DNA from: an uncultured virus (IMG/VR IMGVR_UViG_3300033148_006032) | Taxonomy: Duplodnaviria; Heunggongvirae; Uroviricota; Caudoviricetes | Length of the DNA: 20,000 nucleotides | IMG/VR virus record: IMGVR_UViG_3300033148_006032 | Reading direction: 5' to 3' (one strand) | Shown: in pieces, positions 1 to 8,553 of the stretch | Layout: every line of letters starts with the position of its first letter | How positions within the stretch are numbered: the first letter of the stretch is position 1 | Notes under the pieces: model-generated | What the model saw: only the letters and a program-made list of their open reading frames with translations | Database searches by the model: none | What the model was told of the DNA's origin: nothing | Translations under genes and position numbers: made by a program

Positions 1-831
1 TATGGTTGCCCTTTTAACGTCTCTCTGTTCTTGTAATGTCTTCGCTTCCATGACAAAAAATCTTCCTTTTGTGAAGGTATCCGTCTTAATTATATGTTGG
101 TGTACTTTTAATTCTGGTAATTCAAACTTTCTGTCCTCATATCCTAAATCAGAAGGTTTGGAAACCACGGCACCCCAACCAGCTATCCATTCCCAGAATT
201 TATCTTGGGCGTGTTTTTTTACCCTCCATTTAGAAGTATCTCCCCCGTCATGAACAAAAAAAGTGGCAAGCATTTCACTATATTTCATGATGCCTAAAAA
301 TTGACAATGATTCCCTAATTCCATGAAATCATTCGGAGCTGGAGTAGCTGTACATGCTAATCGATATGGTGTGTCTGCGAATATTTCAATGAGCTGGTTT
401 CTGGTTTTTCCATTCATAGATTTTAGGATACTTGATTCATCCAAAACTATTCCTTCAAACTTTTTCGCATTGAATTTGTGCAATTTCTCATAATTGGTAA
501 TGTTTATTCCAAGAGAAACAATATCCGTTTGAGATTCACATAAATTTATATTCAACCCGATCTTTTTTGCCTCATTGATTGTTTGTTTACTCACAGCTAA
601 TGGTGCTAAAATCAAAACTGTCCCAGGAATAAATCTAGCCCATTCACATTGCATCAATGTCTTTCCCAATCCAGTACCTGCGAATATGGCAGCTTTTCCT
701 TTTTTTAGTGCCCAAAAAACCAAATCACGTTGAAATTCGAATAATATATTGTGTAACGCTTCTCTGGGTATATGTAATCCATAATTTTGTGGAAGGAATT
801 GTTTCGATTTTAAAAATTCTTGATAATCCAT
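1..831 (-). CDS. SNF2/DEAD-like superfamily 2 helicase, N-terminal part (runs off the left edge)
   Basis: Not in the ORF track. Manual translation from ATG 831 (RBS AGGAGG) gives MDYQEFLKSK...LFEFQRDLVFWAL...IFAGTGLGKT (Walker A)...ILAPLAV...TNYEKL...IVLDESS (Walker B)...CTATPAPND (motif III). The frame is open to position 1. Confidence 0.88.
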   Translation of the reverse strand, partial: MDYQEFLKSKQFLPQNYGLHIPREALHNILFEFQRDLVFWALKKGKAAIFAGTGLGKTLMQCEWARFIPGTVLILAPLAVSKQTINEAKKIGLNINLCESQTDIVSLGINITNYEKLHKFNAKKFEGIVLDESSILKSMNGKTRNQLIEIFADTPYRLACTATPAPNDFMELGNHCQFLGIMKYSEMLATFFVHDGGDTSKWRVKKHAQDKFWEWIAGWGAVVSKPSDLGYEDRKFELPELKVHQHIIKTDTFTKGRFFVMEAKTLQEQRDVKRATI

Positions 832-832
832 A

Positions 833-2080
833 TTATGACGTTTCCCTCCTTTCCTTTCCCATTATCTTCATTTGTAGCAAGGCCAATCTGAATTCAAGGA
901 GGCTGTCTATTCCACAATACAGGAGCAGCTCCCTGAACGAATTTTTATCCTTGGTTAACTCCATAATTCTATTTGTTTCATTACTGCTTTTACTTTTCAA
1001 AAAAGGTGCCACACTATCATCATATCCTAAAACTCCGAATTGAACGTATGCTTGGAATTTTAATCCAGTAATTCCTGGAAGGTTATTGAGAATATGGGTT
1101 GCCTGCATTGTGTCAAATGCCCAAGGGTCTGGGCTAATCCCACACATAACATTCATCCAGGTGTCCTCATATTTCATGTTAGCTGCTATCTTTCCAATCC
1201 TTGGATTTTTCAGTAATTGCCGCAGTAATCTGAGGTATTTTTGCCGTGTTGGAAAGGGAATTACATAGGCTTTATTAACTTCTGCACAGAAAGAAATACA
1301 AACTATCTGATGTTTTTCCTTATCGTATGGCTTTAATCCTGTGGTCTCAATATCAAATGCCAATAATGGAGGAGCCTCATCATTCAAGGTTGTTAGTACT
1401 TCTTCAATATCCTCAGATATGATAATACAATCCTCTTCATTTTTGAATTTAGGGAAAGGTACCGTCACCTTCGCAAAGGCTTGTTTGAGGTCATTAGTCC
1501 AAATGACCTCGATTTCATTCGCTTCATCTTGCCTCTCCACGAAGGAAGGATGAAAAGTAGGGCAAACCCAAGCATTGTATTCTCTGTCTGGAATTGTCCA
1601 TCCTCTCCATTTTAATATCCCGCCCAAATTTTTATTCCATTTATATCCTATCAAAGAAGATAGAGCAGATTCTCCCAAGAGGATAATTACTTTTGGTTGA
1701 TACCCTTGTACCACAGCTAAAATCTTTTGTCGGCAGCATGATATTTCGTATTCTGTCGGTGCCCTGTTATTCCCTCTTTCATCTACAGGCCGGCAATTCA
1801 CCGCATTAAGACTGACACAATCCTCGAAAAGGTCTATGTCTAACTGTCTGAATTTTCGTTGAAGTGCCTTGCCTATTTTCCCTTGCCAAGGAATACCCTT
1901 TTTATCCTCTTCCCACCCGGGGAACTCCCCAATTACCATAATGCACTTCTTAAATTGCCCATAAGGTTTTATCCTGGGGGATAATGCATGTTTGTATAGT
2001 TGGCAAGAAGCGCACGAAAGTACACCTTTTTCGGATTTGTATGGTAACACATTTTTTTCTACCTCAAAGAATCCTTTCAT
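833..2080 (-). CDS. Family-4-type uracil-DNA glycosylase domain fused to a PolA-type 3'-5' exonuclease domain; no polymerase domain
   Basis: UDG motifs: CASCQL, GEFPGWEED, NAVNCRP..NRAPT..EISCC, PTFHPSF. Exonuclease motifs: AFDIETTGL (ExoI), ANMKYE (ExoII), FDTM, YCGID (ExoIII). Ends at a clean TAA. Confidence 0.88.
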   Translation of the reverse strand: MKGFFEVEKNVLPYKSEKGVLSCASCQLYKHALSPRIKPYGQFKKCIMVIGEFPGWEEDKKGIPWQGKIGKALQRKFRQLDIDLFEDCVSLNAVNCRPVDERGNNRAPTEYEISCCRQKILAVVQGYQPKVIILLGESALSSLIGYKWNKNLGGILKWRGWTIPDREYNAWVCPTFHPSFVERQDEANEIEVIWTNDLKQAFAKVTVPFPKFKNEEDCIIISEDIEEVLTTLNDEAPPLLAFDIETTGLKPYDKEKHQIVCISFCAEVNKAYVIPFPTRQKYLRLLRQLLKNPRIGKIAANMKYEDTWMNVMCGISPDPWAFDTMQATHILNNLPGITGLKFQAYVQFGVLGYDDSVAPFLKSKSSNETNRIMELTKDKNSFRELLLYCGIDSLLEFRLALLQMKIMGKERRETS

Positions 2081-2169
2081 GCTTTCCTCCTTCTCCGAAC
2101 CTTATATCCGCAATCGAAACACTCAGAACCATTGAAACCCCAGTAACCACATACGGGACATTTACGCAT
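2077..2169 (-). CDS. 30-aa zinc-ribbon-like microprotein MRKCPVCGYWGFNGSECFDCGYKVRRRRKA
   Basis: Manual translation. RBS GGGAGGGG, two CxxC pairs, and an ATGA overlap with the UDG-exonuclease start. It exactly fills the intergenic gap. Confidence 0.65.
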   Translation of the reverse strand: MRKCPVCGYWGFNGSECFDCGYKVRRRRKA

Positions 2170-2170
2170 A

Positions 2171-2428
2171 CTATTCCCCTCCCTTCTTATTCGGCATGAT
2201 TAAACGTGGGTGTTCATATACATGTTTTGGAATATCAATACCAGCATCTACCAATATAATAAATTCGGAAACTCCCCCGAATAAACCGGGGAGGATTCCC
2301 TGTTTTTGAAACGCCTCCACCTCTTCCCAGATTTCGTATAAATCACATTTTGATGTTGTATATTCCTCCTTAGTATAATACTTCCCATTAGTTTTGAAAT
2401 AGGTTAATTTAACCTTTAGTCCTTTCAT
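2171..2428 (-). CDS. Hypothetical phage protein (85 aa, MKGLKVKLTYFK...)
   Basis: Start moved to ATG 2428: TAATG overlap with the clamp stop codon and GGAGGAG RBS. Confidence 0.7.
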   Translation of the reverse strand: MKGLKVKLTYFKTNGKYYTKEEYTTSKCDLYEIWEEVEAFQKQGILPGLFGGVSEFIILVDAGIDIPKHVYEHPRLIMPNKKGGE

Positions 2429-3456
2429 TACTTCTCCTCCTCCGGCACCATTACCGCAACCATATGCTTCCAATTTTCCCCACTGAATCCGATTTTCCCC
2501 ACTCCAATTGTACAATTCCGGAGTTTTCCAAAAATACTTAACAAAAACTCAATACCGATTATAAATTTGACTGGTTTTCCTGTGTATTTTGTTCGGGTTT
2601 TTTCCTCAAACCAACCGTATTCATTTTCAGCAATTACCTTTACTTGTCCATCCTTAATTTGTATGGTTATGATAGGAATATCCCCATGACTTGATGCCTT
2701 CTTGGAAAATACATTTGCCCTTTCCAATATCTGCTCTATATTTTTTGGGAATTCAAATTCTACGCCCTCAAATTCTAAATGCTTACTTGTATCTGGAAAT
2801 TCATTATTCAGAATCCGGCAGGAAAATATTGTACCATCCTCCGTTTTAAAATGCAGCCAACTTTCCCCTATTGCTACTGATGTCACAGCATATTTGACAA
2901 GCTCCTTCGCTGCGGATGCGGGGATAAGACATGCTTTTATTGGCATTGTTTTATCCAAGGTATGTAGCACGATTTGATATGAGTCAGATGCTTGAATATT
3001 TTCTTTGTCAATACTGACACATGTTAGCACAGGCCGGCTCATATCCCGAGAGCAACAGGGATAACAGAATTTCAATGCTTCTACGAAATTCTCAGGAAGT
3101 TTTTTCCATTTTTCAATCTTGCCAATTTCTACCTCAATGGGGAGTTTGACCTCCTGCTCAAACACAAGCCCGGCTTTTGACTTACCCGCTTTGATAATTA
3201 CCTGATTTTCCTCCCAGGTAATATCAATTTCATCTTTTTTCACTTTGTCTAAAAATTTATAAAGGGCTTGCGCTTTAATTGCCCCTGTTACATCTAATCC
3301 TTCTACCGGATGTGAGATACTGATTTCATCATTGTACGTAACCACCTTACCCCCCATAAAGGTAAAACTAGTAGTTTGTTCTATCATTTCCTTGTTTGCC
3401 AATCCAGGTCGTACCTTTTCCAATGCTTCTTGTAATTGCGTTTTATTAACTTTCAT
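2428..3456 (-). CDS. dnaN: DNA polymerase III beta-type sliding clamp
   Basis: 342 aa with DnaN-like segments: N-terminal MKVNKTQLQEALEKV, SRPVLTCV, ASDSYQI, LIPASAAKEL, FSCRILNNEFPD, ILERA. Confidence 0.8.
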   Translation of the reverse strand: MKVNKTQLQEALEKVRPGLANKEMIEQTTSFTFMGGKVVTYNDEISISHPVEGLDVTGAIKAQALYKFLDKVKKDEIDITWEENQVIIKAGKSKAGLVFEQEVKLPIEVEIGKIEKWKKLPENFVEALKFCYPCCSRDMSRPVLTCVSIDKENIQASDSYQIVLHTLDKTMPIKACLIPASAAKELVKYAVTSVAIGESWLHFKTEDGTIFSCRILNNEFPDTSKHLEFEGVEFEFPKNIEQILERANVFSKKASSHGDIPIITIQIKDGQVKVIAENEYGWFEEKTRTKYTGKPVKFIIGIEFLLSIFGKLRNCTIGVGKIGFSGENWKHMVAVMVPEEEK

Positions 3457-3631
3457 ATGCTGTATCCTCCTTTAGATTTTTGATTGTTTGTAAAATTTTT
3501 ATTGCCTCATTACTTAACAATGCTGGTGTTATAATATGATAGTAACTTAGTAGTCTATTATATATTAGCAGCATTCCTCCTTGTCGGCAAGAATCATTCC
3601 CGGGGACAACAGAAGCCAAACAAATTTTCAT
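3446..3631 (-). CDS. Mini-protein E, resembling the DpdA-like N-terminal segment
   Basis: MKICLAS...YNRLLSYYH. ATGA-coupled to the upstream ORF. Confidence 0.65.
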   Translation of the reverse strand: MKICLASVVPGNDSCRQGGMLLIYNRLLSYYHIITPALLSNEAIKILQTIKNLKEDTAYES

Positions 3632-3828
3632 GTCTGTTTCCCCCGTTTGGCTATTTCAAATGCCTGAATAACATGATCTGTTAGTTCCTGTGTATTATTT
3701 GCTCCAGAGGAGAAATAGAAGAAAACTAACCGATTATAATCCGACCGTTTTACGGCTGCTCGTAAAACGGATGCCTCTTTTTTCATGGTGATCATTTGTA
3801 GGAAATTACCTGCTAAATATATTAGCAT
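3628..3828 (-). CDS. Mini-protein D, resembling the DpdA-like N-terminal segment
   Basis: Start moved to ATG 3828 (RBS AAGGAGG). MLIYLAGN...YNRLVFFYF. Confidence 0.7.
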   Translation of the reverse strand: MLIYLAGNFLQMITMKKEASVLRAAVKRSDYNRLVFFYFSSGANNTQELTDHVIQAFEIAKRGKQT

Positions 3829-3844
3829 AATGCACCTTTCCTCC

Positions 3845-4180
3845 TTAAATTTGAAAATCAATTCTTTTCTTTTTTTCCTTTGCTATAAAGTAATCTTCAA
3901 TATACGTACGCATTGCAATGTAATCTTTAACCGTCTTCATTATTATTTGATGCCTGCCTGTAAATCTTAACGAATATCCCTCATTCGGATATATGATACA
4001 ACCAGCATCCCCACAATCTCCATTGGTTATTATTGTTTCATAATCTATATATGCCATTCCAGCAGTGGTATATTCCCAAGTATATTTATCAAATTCCTTT
4101 TTGAAAGTATCAAAAATGGTATATCCATAAATTTCGGAATCCATATGTCTAGTTAGGTGCTTTTTATATGCACGTTTCAT
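3845..4180 (-). CDS. Hypothetical protein (111 aa)
   Basis: ORF fits the co-directional operon. No recognised motif. Confidence 0.65.
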   Translation of the reverse strand: MKRAYKKHLTRHMDSEIYGYTIFDTFKKEFDKYTWEYTTAGMAYIDYETIITNGDCGDAGCIIYPNEGYSLRFTGRHQIIMKTVKDYIAMRTYIEDYFIAKEKKKRIDFQI

Positions 4181-4331
4181 TTTTATGCGTATCTAACATT
4201 TCCATGCTACTAAACTTTTCCTGAACCATCCACCAAAAACTTAATAGAATTCTTGTTTGGTTAGTGTTGATTAATCCCTCCCATGCTCCAGGATCTTTTT
4301 TTTGCGGCCAAATAGCAAGATATATTCTCAT
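4164..4331 (-). CDS. Mini-protein C (55 aa), resembling the DpdA-like N-terminal segment
   Basis: Not in the ORF track. Manual translation: MRIYLAIWPQKKDPGAWEGLINTNQTRILLSFWWMVQEKFSSMEMLDTHKNETCI. Purine-rich RBS AAGGGAGAAG. Confidence 0.7.
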   Translation of the reverse strand: MRIYLAIWPQKKDPGAWEGLINTNQTRILLSFWWMVQEKFSSMEMLDTHKNETCI

Positions 4332-4352
4332 TTTCTCTTTCTTCTCCCTTCT

Positions 4353-5435
4353 TTATAAACCAAAACCTTGTATTTCCTTCCTTTTAAAAGGCCAAGGCCA
4401 TTCCGGCATTGATTTTTCAAGATCTTGAAAATAAATAATATTCATTTCATCCCGAAGCTGATATTTATTAGACAATCCAGGCTCCTCTATAATTTCAAGT
4501 AACCGCATCCTATTTTTATCCTTTGGTTTCCTTTCTGCCCATTTTTCATTTTCTTCCACTTCATGAGATTGGGGAACTTCCTCAAATCGAGATGTGCCAA
4601 GCACATATCCTTTTTCATGAATGTAATTCAGAATAACTTCCCTTTGTTTTGGGGAAAGGATGGAAATATGATCTCCTTCTTTCTTAATTTTAGGACTTCT
4701 ATTGGAAACGGGTATTTTCCAAGAGTTTTCATCATAAATCCATTCCCTATTTCGGTATCTTGGTACATATATTGCCCCGAATCTGGACGTGGCAACCCAT
4801 GATGTACTATCAACACTGAACCATGGATATCGCATCATAATAGGAAGAGATGTCAATCCAAAACCATGTACCTTAACTTTTGGAATACCCTTTTCATCAC
4901 AAATATATTTTGAAAAACATGTATCAAGCCAAGGAATTAATGTATTTTTTGGGGTGCCTACCATGCCTCCAAGGGCAATATAATCATATTGCTCTATGTA
5001 TTTATTTAGGTACTTGAAGGGCTCTCCGATATGAAAAACCGGTAAGGGATGAAGTCCCTCTTTTTCCATAATTCTCTGATTTTCTAATGTTTTTTTGGCG
5101 GCCTTCTTTTTATCAGATATGCTATTTCCCGAAGAAATAACATCAAGATTGGAATAAACTTCTAAAATATCTAGGTGCTCCTTGATAAAATCAATATATT
5201 TATGAATATCAATTTCTACTCCCTGAGTCCAAGCGGAAAATGCGCCTGAATCAAGAAATAAATGTATTTTATTATTGTTGTTTTTCTTTCTTCTCTCCAT
5301 AAGAATACTTCCTTCCTTGTGTTGCCCAATAACCAAGAAAAAATACGACCATAGCCGGAAATTCCAAAGACTATTTAATTTTTTCTCTCTTTTGACCCAT
5401 CCCCCTCCGGGAATTCCCGCCAGCAATATTTTCAT
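4353..5435 (-). CDS. dpdA: DpdA/TGT-like DNA guanine transglycosylase (7-deazaguanine insertion)
   Basis: TGT-fold motifs FLDSGAFSA, NLDVI, PVFH, ALGGMV, VHGFG, SVDSTSW. Adjacent to folE/queC/queE/queD. Confidence 0.8.
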   Translation of the reverse strand: MKILLAGIPGGGWVKREKKLNSLWNFRLWSYFFLVIGQHKEGSILMERRKKNNNNKIHLFLDSGAFSAWTQGVEIDIHKYIDFIKEHLDILEVYSNLDVISSGNSISDKKKAAKKTLENQRIMEKEGLHPLPVFHIGEPFKYLNKYIEQYDYIALGGMVGTPKNTLIPWLDTCFSKYICDEKGIPKVKVHGFGLTSLPIMMRYPWFSVDSTSWVATSRFGAIYVPRYRNREWIYDENSWKIPVSNRSPKIKKEGDHISILSPKQREVILNYIHEKGYVLGTSRFEEVPQSHEVEENEKWAERKPKDKNRMRLLEIIEEPGLSNKYQLRDEMNIIYFQDLEKSMPEWPWPFKRKEIQGFGL

Positions 5436-5595
5436 CTTTTCCTTTCCGAATTAATGATCTCACTAATTCAAATACACGACTGTCAATTTGTCCGAGAAAA
5501 ATATAGAAGAAAGAAAATAATCTGTGTCGGTATAACGAACTATTTTTCTTTTCTCTCTTGGCTAACGCAACCGTCCCGGCTAAATAAATTTTCAT
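5371..5595 (-). CDS. Mini-protein A, resembling the DpdA-like N-terminal segment
   Basis: MKIYLAG...KREKKNSSLYRHRLFSFFYIFLGQ aligns with the DpdA-like MKILLAG...KREKKLNSLWNFRLWSYFFLVIGQ. TAATG-coupled to the folE stop. Confidence 0.75.
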   Translation of the reverse strand: MKIYLAGTVALAKREKKNSSLYRHRLFSFFYIFLGQIDSRVFELVRSLIRKGKDENIAGGNSRRGMGQKREKIK

Positions 5596-6440
5596 TATTT
5601 TATTAACCCCATTAATTCTTGTCTTGCCCTACTATCCTCAAGAAAAACACCTTTCATAGAGGAAGTTCCCATAGTGGCTTGTTGTTTAGTGCATCCTCGC
5701 ATCCGCATACACATATGCGTCGCATCAATAATACAAGCAACCCCAAGTGGTTTGAGGTGTGTCATGAGGGCCTCTGTTATCTGTTCTCCTAAACGTTCCT
5801 GAATTTGCAGACGGCGGGCATATATATCCACAAGCCTGGCCAATTTAGAAAGTCCAATCACCCGCTTGTTTGGAATATATGCAAGGTGAACCACCCCAAA
5901 AAAAGGAAGCATATGGTGTTCACACATGGAGTAAAATTCAATATTTTTACAGAGAATAATTTGATCATATCCTTCTGCTTCAAATGTTGTTAAAAGATCT
6001 GCTGGATTCTGATGATATCCAACAAAAAGTTCATTCTGCCAAGCCCGGACAATTCGATTCGGGGTTTCTTTCAATCCTTCTCTTTTCGGGTCTTCCCCAA
6101 TAAATTGCAGAAGTCTTATTATGTTCTCCTGTATAGAATCACTCTGTTCTTGAGGATGGTCTGTTTCCCAAGGAAACTCAATCCATTCATCCGTATTTTT
6201 TGGTATCAATGATACGAAGTCGGCTTCGTGATATTTTTCCTCATAAAATTTCTTAGTAGCTCCAGAATCTACTAAATCATCAAGAATAATATTGGCGTTT
6301 TCTGGATAACATGTACTCTTTGCATTTTGTAAAAATCCAGCAGCTATCATTCCCCCTTTTGGTACTCCATAAACTATATTTTCAGGTCGATCTATACCTT
6401 TTAAGGCGTTAAAAATATCTTGCCATGACATTTTAATCAT
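5595..6440 (-). CDS. folE: GTP cyclohydrolase I with an N-terminal Gpt-like phosphoribosyltransferase domain
   Basis: FolE motifs: [38 protein letters not shown]. First ~92 aa: [16 protein letters not shown] (PRPP-binding loop), WIEFPWE. Confidence 0.93.
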   Translation of the reverse strand: MIKMSWQDIFNALKGIDRPENIVYGVPKGGMIAAGFLQNAKSTCYPENANIILDDLVDSGATKKFYEEKYHEADFVSLIPKNTDEWIEFPWETDHPQEQSDSIQENIIRLLQFIGEDPKREGLKETPNRIVRAWQNELFVGYHQNPADLLTTFEAEGYDQIILCKNIEFYSMCEHHMLPFFGVVHLAYIPNKRVIGLSKLARLVDIYARRLQIQERLGEQITEALMTHLKPLGVACIIDATHMCMRMRGCTKQQATMGTSSMKGVFLEDSRARQELMGLIK

Positions 6441-7159
6441 TTTTTTATCTTTCCTTTCTCTTCTCTATTTTCATATATTATTGGATCTTCTTTATTAATT
6501 GCCTGGAATGCCGCAAGTCTTTCTCTGCACGCCCCACACTTTCCACAGCTAATTGGTTGTTTTTTATAACATGTTCGTGTGAGATGATAAGGAACAGGAA
6601 TATCTAATGAATATCCTATTTTTAGAATATCTCCTTTGTCCATATTTTCAAATGGGATCATCACTTGTACTTTCTGGTCTGAGGATAGATGAATAGTCCT
6701 ATTTAATGCGTGTATAAATGCGGGACGGCAATCTGGATATATGAAGTGGTCTCCTTGATGAATTCCGAGTGCTATCTTTTCCGCTCCTATTGATTCCGCT
6801 AACCCAGCCATAATTGACGCAAATATGAGATTTCTACCAGGTACTACTGTTTTTTTCATATTTTCATCATTATAATTCCCTTCTGGAATTTCCTGAGCGC
6901 ATTGTACCAGCAAATTAGAATTGAATTCTTCCATTATAGAGGAGATATTAAATTGATGAGGGCGTATTAATATCTTTGGAAAACCCGGTTTTAAATATTC
7001 TATTATTTTGCCAGCAGCTTTGTTTTCATATGCATTATGGGTAGAACCATATGTGAAAATACAACAATGAATTTCGTCGTTTTCCTTTGCTTGCTGGAGT
7101 AACTGACAAAGTAAAGTAGTGGAATCTAATCCTCCAGATAAGCCAATTATTATTTTCAT
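6437..7159 (-). CDS. queC: 7-cyano-7-deazaguanine (preQ0) synthase
   Basis: SGGLDST PP-loop, [16 protein letters not shown]...[10 protein letters not shown]. Start moved to ATG 7159 (RBS GGAGG). Confidence 0.95.
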   Translation of the reverse strand: MKIIIGLSGGLDSTTLLCQLLQQAKENDEIHCCIFTYGSTHNAYENKAAGKIIEYLKPGFPKILIRPHQFNISSIMEEFNSNLLVQCAQEIPEGNYNDENMKKTVVPGRNLIFASIMAGLAESIGAEKIALGIHQGDHFIYPDCRPAFIHALNRTIHLSSDQKVQVMIPFENMDKGDILKIGYSLDIPVPYHLTRTCYKKQPISCGKCGACRERLAAFQAINKEDPIIYENREEKGKIKK

Positions 7160-7195
7160 GATTTGCCTCCTTTGTATAGCCCGTATGATATCTAT

Positions 7196-7221
7196 AAGAA
7201 GAGGTACCATTACCCCTTCTT
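7196..7221 (-). terminator. Stem-loop, possibly a weak intrinsic terminator or processing site
   Basis: On the minus strand AAGAAGGGGTA-ATGG-TACCTCTTCTT forms an 11-bp stem with one G-U pair, just after the stop at 7238. There is no strong U-tract. Confidence 0.5.
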
Positions 7222-7237
7222 ATTTGGATAGATTCTA

Positions 7238-7819
7238 TTACTTTGCCCGGTATTTTCCATTCACCAATTCAACAAGAAATTTATTTTTGCTAATTTTATT
7301 CGGAACCTGCACATGTATCGTGTTTTTCATAGAACTTGGATTTCTTTCCGGAAATTTTTTTATGAGTTCCTTTAAAATTTCTTCTTTGGTAGTCCCTTCT
7401 TTTCCGGCACTTTTTATTAGTGCAGCTATGGTGGCTATTATTCCTATCTTTTTTACAGACCTAGTTTTCCCATTTTGAGGTACCTTAGGTTTTTCTTCCT
7501 CGGTCTCTGTCTCTTCCTCCTTTTTCTTTGTTTCAGTTCCAGTATCTTCCTCTGTTTCTTCCTCTGTTTCTTCCTCTGTTTCTTCCTCTGTTTCTTCCTT
7601 TGTTTCTTCCTCTCCTTGCCTTTTCTGCAAGGCTTTAATTGCTTTCTGCGTGTCAGAAGAAATCTTATCCTGTGGTTCCAACAATTCGATGGCTACAGTA
7701 AGTTCTTCTGTTAACTCTTTCACTGGTGCCTTAAGGTTAATTTCGGGTTTTAAGCCCAAAAGAGTGTTTAACTCTTTCGCCGCCTTTACCAATGCCTTTC
7801 GATCCAACTCATAACTCAT
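7238..7819 (-). CDS. Protein with an acidic EEET-repeat linker and a basic C-terminal domain (possibly winged-helix DNA binding)
   Basis: Start moved to ATG 7819 (RBS AGGAGG). C-terminus IIATIAALIK...TKEEILKELIKKFP...NTIHVQV..VELVNGKY looks wHTH-like (inference). Confidence 0.7.
   Translation of the reverse strand: MSYELDRKALVKAAKELNTLLGLKPEINLKAPVKELTEELTVAIELLEPQDKISSDTQKAIKALQKRQGEEETKEETEEETEEETEEETEEDTGTETKKKEEETETEEEKPKVPQNGKTRSVKKIGIIATIAALIKSAGKEGTTKEEILKELIKKFPERNPSSMKNTIHVQVPNKISKNKFLVELVNGKYRAK
7547..7606. repeat. 12-bp tandem repeat TTCCTCTGTTTC x5 (last copy has one mismatch), encoding ETEE
   Basis: Read directly from the sequence. Confidence 0.9.
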
Positions 7820-7858
7820 TTTACGACCTCCTATAATCAATTTTATTTTTTCCACTAT

Positions 7859-7889
7859 TATTATACATCGTAACTAATTTTGGTTTAGG
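7859..7889 (-). promoter_or_regulatory. Putative promoter CCTAAA-N15-ATGTATAATA
   Basis: TATAAT lies in an intergenic gap upstream of an RBS. The same two-part motif with the same spacing occurs at 9501-9531. Confidence 0.6.
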
Positions 7890-8553
7890 GCATCTTCAAA
7901 ATTTTATGCAATTGGAAAGAGAAAATAATGTGATCTAATAAGAAATAATTACTTTCCTTAATCCTTTCTACTATCTCAGGTATTTTGTTTATATCAGCGT
8001 CAATTGGGCTGACAATACACGGTATATTACATTTCCAATGGATGAAATGTTCCATTTCTTGGAGCATAAAATCGACATCTTTTTTGTCAAATACCACCCA
8101 TTTCAGATATACAAATCCTCCTTTAGTTTTGGCCTCTTCAATCTTCTTGCAAAGGGCTTTCAACGGCATCATGTTTCCTGACATTCCAGATGATGGGCAT
8201 TTCCTGTCTATTACCCAATGTACTTGAGGAATAGATAATGGAGGGTAACTTCCATTTGTCTCCACCTGAATCACATGCCCTCCTTCCTGTAATTCTTTGA
8301 TCAGCAACGGGAGTTCTTTTTGCAGCAAGGGTTCCCCTCCTGTTATCAATACATGCTTATTCCGTACCATTTTCAGAATAGCAGGGAGTTCCATTTCGTA
8401 GCATATATCATCCCTCTCCTGAGCCTGCGGGGTGTCACACCATCTGCATCGTAAATTACATGCTTGCAGTCTTATCCCCGTCATCCAGGTTCCCTGAGGA
8501 AATCCGCCAGCCTCCCCGGAGATGGATTCAAATATATTATTGACCTTAAACAT
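7885..8553 (-). CDS. queE: 7-carboxy-7-deazaguanine synthase (radical SAM)
   Basis: FESISGEAG, CNLRCRWCDT (CxxxCxxC), ITGGEP, VETNG, FQLHK. Confidence 0.93.
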   Translation of the reverse strand: MFKVNNIFESISGEAGGFPQGTWMTGIRLQACNLRCRWCDTPQAQERDDICYEMELPAILKMVRNKHVLITGGEPLLQKELPLLIKELQEGGHVIQVETNGSYPPLSIPQVHWVIDRKCPSSGMSGNMMPLKALCKKIEEAKTKGGFVYLKWVVFDKKDVDFMLQEMEHFIHWKCNIPCIVSPIDADINKIPEIVERIKESNYFLLDHIIFSFQLHKILKMP

